Of a DNA stretch of 64,000 nucleotides, positions 16,387 to 25,508 are shown piece by piece. The position numbers and the translations under genes are program-made. Numbering within the stretch: position 1 is the first letter of the stretch; each line of letters opens with the position of its first letter. Below the pieces are notes generated by a model. The model was not told the DNA's origin. It was given only the letters and a program-made list of their open reading frames with translations, and did not search any database. Origin of the DNA: Vermamoeba vermiformis (Eukaryota); assembly GCA_045837725.1 (NCBI GenBank), contig JBEWZL010000198.1:62001-126000 (forward strand). The letters run 5' to 3'.

Positions 16387-16671
16387 ATGAAAGCTTACCT
16401 CCTATTAATCGTCATTTCAGCCGTCGTAGCGTACTGCTTGGCCAATCAAAACTCCGTGTCGGCATCCAAGAGCGAGTTGGGCGGTGTAACTAACTGCACT
16501 GCAGTGCAGCAGATCTGTTGCAATTACAAGAGCTGCCCTAAGCCTAACCCCACCTATATGGGCATCTGCATTGCCTCGGGCACTTGCCCGAAGAGTTGGA
16601 AGGGTTGCTACTTCGATACCCAATTCTTCGTCTATGACTGCACCAAGTGCGAGTCTAATTGCAACTTTTAA
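16387..16671 (+). CDS. Small secreted cysteine-rich protein (94 aa, intronless)
   Basis: Signal peptide MKAYLLLIVISAVVAYCLA, 10 Cys in the mature region, AATAAA just after the stop. Confidence 0.7.
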   Translation: MKAYLLLIVISAVVAYCLANQNSVSASKSELGGVTNCTAVQQICCNYKSCPKPNPTYMGICIASGTCPKSWKGCYFDTQFFVYDCTKCESNCNF

Positions 16672-17043
16672 AAGAGATTATGTAATAAAAATGGGGTTAT
16701 GAACCCTAAGCCAAATAAATAGGTATTATTTTCGGTACACTAGTTTGTGCACTTGTTGGTCAAACTTATGCTCATACGGCATAACATACAATGATTATTA
16801 GTAGCAGAAAAAAATTAATCGAGGAACACTATAAACACTTTTAAGAAGAGGATCCACCTACATTCTTCTACTTTTCTACTTTCTATTTATCGCTATTCTT
16901 CGTTTCATGTTGCTCGTTAAGGTAATGGAGCGATTTATGATAGGATGAAATTAGTTCTTTTTCGGTCTCCAGCTCAGTAAAACTGACTGAAAAATTAGTG
17001 TCAGAGTTATTTTCGAGGTTCTGATCGGAGATCCTCAACGGAG

Positions 17044-20000
17044 ATGATCAACATGAAGAACAAGGACTTTCTCGAGAATGAACCGTTGATTAATGAAGAT
17101 GAAGCCGATGCAGCATTCGAGAAAAAGATCCCGTCAACATCCGTACTTGGCAATCTTAACGTAGCCTTCCGTTACGTGCTTGCTGAGACGGCTAAAAATA
17201 AGAGGAATTTTTTCGTGGGTGTCATCACCGTATTTATTGTAGTATTTTCTATCAGGTAATATTTTTAATATTTAGGGAAAATTGAAAAAAACCGCTGTTA
17301 AATCTCTAACTTAGTATTTACTCGAGATATTATGTTATCATCATTAATGTTACTATAATATTCATCAAGTTATCATAAATTTAATTAAACAAGTATGGCA
17401 TACTGATCCCCTTTTTTATGACAGTTTATTGCAAAATACAGTTGTAAATAGTCCTGTACTGTTTCTTAAATTATCGGAAGATACTGTCGGTGAGTTTGAC
17501 TTGGTTATGACGCCAAAGTCAACCGCCGAGTCTCAAAGGTAAGCGAAAATTACGGAATAATTTAGTAGATCTGTCATTAATCCAAATATCACTGTTTAGC
17601 TTCTTCCTTAATGCTACGGACGTTGGATTAAGATTAGAAAAAGAGCCAACAGTTGTGGGAACAGCTCCACGCTGGTTATTTTTATCAAAAATTGTAAATA
17701 CCATTAGTCAATCCAACAGCACGACGATTCTATTGATTATCGACTCTATTCGTGAAAAGGTACGTATTAACTGTAATTATAGTAAATTAAATTGCGCTTG
17801 AGTTATGAAAATCCACAACATTTTTCTAATTTCCTTTTTAGGAAATTGGCTTGGGTCGAGGCTGGAATCATCCACCACTCGAGGGCTTTCAAACGCACGT
17901 GTCAAAGAACTTGTTGAAGCAAATTGGCGTGGCTCCAAATAAGGACGAAACGGCAGCACTTCGCTTTGACGCAATTTCAATCTTGCATGTACGTCACTTG
18001 ACAGGTTATAGCTAAGATTAGTATATTGACTATTATTATAGACCTTTTCAGGCTCGAAGCAGAATGAGGACGACTTTGTCAATTCGTACTTGAAGAGCAC
18101 TATGGTTGGCTCGACATTGAATGAAATCGTCACAAAGTACACAGGTCTCAATGTGTCAATTCCATTTTTGGATCAGTTGACTGTCATTGACGCCCTCAAG
18201 TTTTTGAATATTGGTAAGTATTAACGAGTTCATATCAAGCTTGCGTTTATTGACACGTTATAACAGGTGGCTTGGGCAATGCAACTTTCAACGGCTCGTT
18301 GTCCTACGATCAAGTTCAAGCCCTCAAAAATCAGTTCTCCGTCGATGTCAATTTGACTGTTGTCGATGAAATTGACGAGCCTCACGGCAAGTACCCGAAG
18401 GCTCTTGGTAACGTTGCAGTGCTCGAACAGTCTCTCGTGAACGAGTTGTTGATTGACGCCATGACTTACGTGCTGGAACTGGTCGACAACGAGACTATTT
18501 GGAACACGACTTGGGCAAAGGACTTGCCTTTTGAACAGCGAGAACTGCTCAAATTCTTGTTGCCCTTCGCCAAGCAATACACGTACATTCTCAGAGACTT
18601 CAGAGACCACTTCGTGTTGACCGTAAGTGAAGCTCATAAATTATTAAGATGATCATACTAATGATGTGCATAGGACTATGCATTGACTTCCATTGCCATG
18701 TATCGAGATCGTTTTGCAGCGTACATGAAGACCGCACAACAATTGAACGCAGACATCATCAAGTGGAGCAACAAAGTGTCACTGGCGTTGGGCCTGAACT
18801 ACCCCGCTAATTTTGACACCCCGCTGATTGACACGCTGTCCGTGGTCTATTACTTGCGTCTGTTCTTGGATCAGCTTTTGCTCATCGTCGAGCTGTTCTT
18901 GGTCGGTGTTGGCATGTTCTTGATCTACGCGCTGTTGCTCTCAGACGTCGAGTCCAAGGTGTATGAGTGCGGCATGTTGCGTGCGTTGGGCATGGAACAG
19001 TACACGCTCATCGAGCTCCTGGCCATTCAATCACTCTTGTTCTCCATTCCCGCTATTGCTGTCGGTCTCTTGGCCTCATGGCTAGCCTTCATCCCTGTGC
19101 GCAGCGAGCTCGTCTCCTTCACTAACGCGCCTATTCCACTGGGTCTCACTGCTGAGGCAGCTGGCTTGGCGACTGCTATTGGTTTCATCATGCCCCTCAT
19201 TGCGCTGATTGGTCCGATTCAATCAGCACTCAGCAAGACTCTTCGTGACGCATTGGATCTCTACCACTCGTCCGTGAATGACACGCAAGTCACCTTCACT
19301 AAACTCGCCAACTTGGGTCTCAGCCCTGTGCAAACCAACGCCTCACTGTTGATGGTGGTCTTTGGCTTTGTCATCTACTACTTGATCCCCTACTCATTCA
19401 TCTTCCAACAATTCGCGCTCTTCTTTGACATCTTCGTGCTCATCCTCTTGGGCATGTTGTTCGGTCTGTCACTGTTGGCCATGACTATTCACGGCTTCGT
19501 GCAAAAGCTCAGTGTGAACATGATCATGTGGGGCAAGGACCGTCGTGTGTTGAAGACACTCGTCACCAAGAACTTGTGGGGCCACTCGCGCCGTAACACT
19601 AAGACCGCTGTCTTGTTCACCACGTGCATTGCCTTCATGTAAGTCGCGCGTCTTATTATAGTCCTACTTATCTAACATATTTGTAGTATCTTTGCTGGCA
19701 GCATCTTCTTATTGCAAAGTCAAAATCTTGTTGACAACGTCAAGGCAGGCCTTGGATCAGATATCAACGTGATGACATTCTATCCTGAACTCGCACTCGA
19801 TGAAGACAACATTCGCAGCTACTTGAATCAACAGATGGCTAAGCCTAACAGCCCTGTCGTTGGCTTCACTTGTAAGTCAAGCACCGACCTCTCTCAATTA
19901 ATGTACTAATATTGTGCTCAGTCTACACGTTCTATTTGAGTGACTTCCAATTCATGAGGGAGACGAGAATAACTAACTTGGCAGACTTCCCGACAACCAA

Positions 20001-21496
20001 GATTGTAAGTTCATATCATAACGACTACACTAAGCATATCTGACACCTGTTATTTAGTTCTTGTTCGCAGCTGAAGAAAACTATTTGAGTTATGCCTACG
20101 ACCGGTACTTGGTCATCAGTGAATTGGACAACTCGTACACGTACCCCAAGACCCCTAACGGCCGTCCAGACATCATTAAGAGCTTATACGTCGATCCTTA
20201 TGGTACGTCCCTAGTCAATTTATTATCGATAATATTGTTTCTAATGGCCACCCAGATCACTCTCAATCGAACAACACATTCATTCCGCCCGTCATTGGCA
20301 CAGACCCTGTGCCGAGAGTAGGTGTCAAAGTTGTTGTGATTGTTGCACGAGATTAACTGTTTCATTAGGCCACGCAATGGATTCTTGACGTTAGCAACAA
20401 CGAGACTTACACTGAAGTGATTGACATGCTCATCTCTGAGTCCAATGTAAGTGTAGCATTTAAGTGGCAAAGCTCTTATTAACATCATCTTATCAGCGTT
20501 TGCCATTGAGTGTTGACACCAAGACCCCTATGATTCTCACATTGGAGTACTACACCGTCAAGACTATTCGTCGCTGGGAATCTACTAAGCTGTACCTCTT
20601 GACTAAACCTCGTGCCCTCGTCACTAAGATGCCTGGCTTCTTCTTCAGCTCGTACTCACAGACCTCGAAGAACTCGCCAGTGCTCATCTCTATGGACAAC
20701 TATTACAAGTTGATGTTCAGAGCCTTCAACAGCTCTTACATGCGCAATGAAGACTTCCCTGACAAGCCACCCAAGCGCACCTTGTTGGTCAAAGTACGTA
20801 GCAGCATATTCTTTGCGAGATAGCGCTTTAACCTTTGACTATTATAGTTGAAAGATGACGTGAGCACTGAGGACCGCGAGTACATTGTGAACGGCATCAG
20901 AAACTTCTTGCAGTCCGATCAAATCATCGTGTCTGACACGAGCGAACTCGTCAAATCAACTGACATTGCCGTGCTCGTGCTGAACTTGTTCTTCGATTTG
21001 AGTACGTACACGTGTTAGTCCTCACACCTATTCTCCATTACTAACACCTTGTTCAGTCGCTGTGATTGTCATCACGATCTGTTTCTTCGTCTTGTTGGTC
21101 TCGTTCACTTCAAACATCACGGAAAATGCGTGGGAGTTTGGTGTCTTGCGTGCTGTTGGTTTGACTGTACGTACTTTAGTTCTTGTATACTTAGCAGTGC
21201 CCTAATATTGCTTGCACTATTCTTAGTCCTTCCAAGTCATTCGCGTCTACATCTACGAAGCCATGTCCATCATTTTGTCCTCGCTGATACTGGGTACTGG
21301 TCTCGGCATGATGGTGTCAGCTACTTTGACTCTGCAAGCCGATTTGTTCACTGAACTCGCTTTTGAAATGCGATTCCCGCACTTGTTGTTCTGGTCTATT
21401 GTCGTCATGTCGCTCGCTGTAGCTGTCTTGGGCTCGTGGTTGCCAGCCAGAAAATTAGCTAAGAAGAAGATCGCAGCTGCTTTGAAGAACAAATAA
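17044..21496 (+). CDS. FtsX/MacB-type (ABC3) permease domain protein with two FtsX repeats
   Basis: Two permease signature repeats (SDVESKVYECGMLRALGM and ITENAWEFGVLRAVGL), many TM segments, large extracytoplasmic loops and no nucleotide-binding domain seen. About 14 introns. Confidence 0.85.
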
Positions 21497-21667
21497 GACC
21501 TAGACGTTACTTATGAGTTAATTTTTTTAGCAACGATCTGTGTCTGCAAATTAGTACTGTAATAAATAGTTATCGCCCGTTATCAAACGATAGGACTTCG
21601 TGGATCCGACTGCGGCCTGCACACACAGCAAGAAAAAAAAAGGAAGGGGGGGGGGGGGGAGAGGAGG

Positions 21668-21958
21668 ATGAAGGACTATGACTCAGTCAAGCAGACCGTC
21701 CAAGTGATGAACTTCGTGAAGGGAAACGAGTTTGGAGATCCAGCCAAGTTCGCTGTGGCCATTGAAAAGATTCTGGCACTGGAAAAGCCACCTGTTTGCA
21801 TTCCTATTGGCAACGACTCCATTTCTATCGTTCGTGCACGTGTTGCTAAGCATCTCGAAGAGATCGATGCCTACAAACACGTTGGATCTGGCACTGACTT
21901 CGATACGCTAGATGAAGGACAACTCGCAGTACTCAAAATGTTTTCTCAACAACAGTAA
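21668..21958 (+). pseudogene. C-terminal fragment of short-chain dehydrogenase/reductase
   Basis: GDPAKFAVAI...PPVCIPIGNDS...TDFD resembles the tail of classical SDRs. No Rossmann GxxxGxG or YxxxK upstream. Preceded by poly-A/poly-G runs only about 170 nt after the previous gene's stop. Confidence 0.6.
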
Positions 21959-22036
21959 AATAAAATAAATTAAACGGTTGCTGCACTCCACGGCGCTTTC
22001 CGTTGTCCATGGTGCTTTGGCGTAGCACGTCGCCGT

Positions 22037-22390
22037 TTACAATCGATGTTTACACGGACAGTTGTTCGCGTGCAAGTACTGCAAGATGTGCTCTTGATGG
22101 TTGGTCGTGACTACTAGGCACACATCAACGCTCCACGGTGCGCCGTGATCGTGCACGTATTTCAAAGCCCCGAGAAAGCCACATTGAGCAGCTTTGTAAC
22201 ACGTCAGTTATAATGCGCGATAGACCACTCGGCACCCTGTTGGTGCAGGTACTGCAAGCGCGGCACATTGCTGTGTTGTGCGGCGCAGGCGTCAGAACCC
22301 TGGTTGCTCGTCTCTTCCACTTTTGGCATGCCAATTTTTCGTACAGAAATCATTCACACAAAGTCCAGATGTATATTCCACAAAACATTT
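22037..22390 (-). pseudogene. Decayed ankyrin-like repeats (3' part of F-box/ankyrin gene)
   Basis: Minus-strand frames give FLYEKLACQKW, LQYLHQQGAEWS, LKYVHDHGAPWSVDVC and LQYLHANNCPC, broken by stops and frameshifts. Confidence 0.7.
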
Positions 22391-22424
22391 AATTTTAATA
22401 TTATATTATATTAGCAGGCATTTT

Positions 22425-24451
22425 ATGTTGCGACAAAGTGCCCGTTTTTTTACCGCGCGATCCGAAAGTTTGCAGCTTGCTTCAGCACAAGGTAAACCAA
22501 CGCCAACCCCTGTTATATTTAGGGACACTTTTTAGGAAATATAATCTATTGCTAAATTGACTGAATCTAGTGCTACAGTATTTTTAAAATTATTATTATT
22601 ATTAATTTTGTTGCAGCGGCAGCCATTCATCTGTTTTCAGCCGCAACACAAAGAACTGGGAGTGCTTCGAGAAGAAAAATCAAATTATTACCCTTCGGCG
22701 GTTAGTGTGTTGAGAGGACGAGCAAATTTTTAATCAACTCTTCAGGTGGTTGCAAAGATCACTCCAACACCAACTTATTTCCTCTACAGTGCAATCGATA
22801 TTTCTCCCACTACCAACCAAACAAAAGATTTACAATCAACGGTGCAATAACGTCATTAACGCACCCTGGTTATTATTTTGTTGATCCGGCTGAAGCGAAC
22901 AGCAGAGACCTTCTCCCTGGCATTTACAGTGGCTCTTACATTATGCTTCACGGTTCTCGAGGTTCTGGAAAGTCGACACGAATGTACAGAGCTTTAGAAC
23001 AATTACAAGAGGATTTTCTTTGCTTGACAATCACTTTCCAAGCAAGTGTGGATTTTAGAAGCCTTGATTCATTTTGGACCTCATTTGGACGTCAGTTGTG
23101 CTCTGACAATAAGCATGTCAACTTACCGAACATCACCTCAGCAGCAGATTTTGCCGATTTACTTTCTAAAGCGAACAAGGAGAAGTTGTTTAAAGGGAAA
23201 AACGTTGTGCTCTTTGTTGATGAATATGATTTACTTTACCAAGCACAACAAGAAGTCTTAGATTCTTTTCTCAACACACTTCGAGGCATAAAGCAACAAA
23301 AAGCAGCATACTGTTTGCAGTCTTTTATCGGAATTGGACCATTTAGTATCCTTGCTTTGTCTGCAAAATCAAGCATTCCATTCAACGTGCAAACTGCAGT
23401 TCAAGTACTGTATTGGACAAGAGAAGAAGTGCATCAATTATTTTCACAGCATTCAACTACAATTGATAGCAGGATAGTGGATGACATTTATGAACGAACT
23501 GCAGGCTACCCTGGACTTGTCTGTCTTTGTGGCAAAATTATCGATGAAAAGCAGCATGTATTAGCAGAACGTTACGATTCATGGCTACAATATGTGACAA
23601 AGAGTTTGGAAAAAGCTATTATTGAATGGCCAACTATGCAAAAGATGGTGGAAACACTTTCAAGCTCATTAGAGCCTATAAAATCAGCAAGAATCCTCCT
23701 TCGACAACGTTTTATACCGAACACAATCTCACCAATTGTTCTGAATACACAAGAAGAACTCAATTGTGGCAAATTTTTAGCAGCTGAAGGAGCTTTAGTA
23801 CCGGTAGATTTATCAACTTTTCGTATTCCATCACCTTTCATGCATTGCTTGTTATTGGAAAGAGTTCTTACAGTAGACAAAAGAGCAAAAATACCCTCGG
23901 AGGCTGTTCCATTTATCACTTCTATGCATGGCACTACAATAGACGTCCAAAAACTTATCACACTGACAATTGCTTGCATTGAGCCCTCAATCATCCAATC
24001 AGCCTTTCATAGGGCACACAAGAAATCAAGGCTTCCTGGCATGAAGAGTGATTCATTTGTACCACAAGAAGCTGTTTATCATGCAGAGCTATTTGCTATA
24101 CTTCGAGACTGGCTACCATCTGATGTAACCCTACTGACACAAGTCACCTTGCCATCGTTAGATTCAAATAGTAGATGCAACTTGTTTATGGAAGTGTCCC
24201 CATCAAGCAGGATTGTCATTGAATTAGTTGCCAATGCACCAATTTCTATTATAGAGGAGCACTATGATCATGCACTGGAATATGGCAAACACTTGGATGC
24301 AACAGAAGTTTGGGTCTTGCATTTTACTTTAAAAGAGGAAGGAGATGATTTCCACTATCCAGTGCCAAAGGATAAATCGTTGAACGTAATGCATATCTGG
24401 CACAAAGCAGACTTTTCATCGTATAATGTGGTTTGTATGACTAGAGAGTAG
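22425..24451 (+). CDS. P-loop NTPase + restriction-endonuclease-fold protein (Crinkler-associated NTPase/REase architecture) with putative mitochondrial presequence
   Basis: Exons 22425-22491, about 22617-22700 and about 22747-24451 splice in frame. Walker A HGSRGSGKST, Walker B VLFVDEYD, TAGYPGLVCLCG. C-terminal EAVYHAEL...WL...IVIELVA...H...Y...EVWVLHFT pattern. Confidence 0.8.
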
Positions 24452-24479
24452 TGGCTTGTTTGAAGCAAATAAAAACCCA

Positions 24480-25074
24480 GGTTCGAAGGAATCTAGCAGT
24501 TTCTCATAACTAGCAGCGTTGCGTGCCATTTCTACGTCTCTCCAATTGTCACAGATCGCTGACAAAAAGTATTTCGTGGACGACTGAAAATTTGAAGCAA
24601 GTGTCCTCCGAGCGCTGCCTTAGTGACCACTGCTTTGAATTACACACGCAGTAGTGTGTTTGTACGTGCTGAAGACACCTGAGTGAGCTGCACAGCTATG
24701 CAGCATTTTCGATCGAGGCAGATTCGCGTGACATGACAATTTTAGCACTTGTGAGTCTCAATAAGGACGATAAATATTCCATTCTTAGCTGCGACGGTGC
24801 TGTAAAGAATCTTCTGGTTGTGCGTTCGTGAATCTGGTTGGAAGATGTCTTTGCCTTTAAATTTAATATCAGATAAATGCAATTAAGGTTAAAATAATTT
24901 TAAAAATTACCTTTTGATATATGCAAGTGTTCTCTTGCCTTAAGTGCTTGGAAACTAGTTTGACAACGAAATCTGGATGCGCTTGATGAATTGCGGGGCC
25001 ATTTTTCTCAATCGTTCGTCATCTTTAATGTTTTTAAATATTTCTGTTAATATGTCGATAGGGAGAGATTCCAT
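24480..25074 (-). pseudogene. Decayed F-box + ankyrin-like gene (5' part)
   Basis: ATG 25074: MESLPIDILTEIFKNI (F-box start), with FVVKLVSKHLRQ in a shifted frame. After an intron come LRCLQHVQTHYC, VVTKAALGGHL and WRDVEMARNAASYEKL fragments with stops and frameshifts. Confidence 0.65.
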
Positions 25075-25508
25075 AAAGTGCACTAATCTACCGTTTGTTG
25101 TAGTCCGTTGTCAACAAAATAAGATAAGTATTGGGAAGGCAAACAAGCGAGATACACCCCCTAATTCTTTCCAATAAATTATAATAATTTGAGGCAGGAT
25201 TTAGTAAGTCAATTTGCGCGTATACCATGGTTGAGTTAACATTCGGAAATAGACTACGAGTTAGCTGAGATGCGTTACATCTCCTGTCAAAAAAGTCCAT
25301 TAACTTGTCCAAGCAGACTCAAGACTGAGATCTCTTTTATTACATACTACCTACTGATAATTAACACAACTGAAAGCGACAGGAAACTTTCCGCGGCAAT
25401 TTCGATCTAAATACTTTCAGAGAAGATCAGATGCACCACAACACATTGTAAATTAATGTAATTGAACTTATTTATTATTTATTAGCCACAGTCGTAGTTT
25501 TATAATCG

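Noticed and set aside
16300-16710. GAACCCT words flanking the small Cys-rich gene as telomeric repeats or element ends
   Set aside because: These are isolated 7-mers, neither tandem nor inverted, and too short to support a call.
23344-23353. GTATCCTT resembling a GT-type U12 donor
   Set aside because: It lies within the continuous NTPase reading frame (GPFSIL) and no intron is needed there.
22340-24520. Terminal inverted repeats or target-site duplication around the NTPase-REase gene
   Set aside because: I inspected both junction regions and found no convincing match, so the gene is not annotated as a mobile element.
25088-25312. 74-aa minus-strand ORF upstream of the F-box relic
   Set aside because: No recognisable domain or clear splice link to neighbouring exons.
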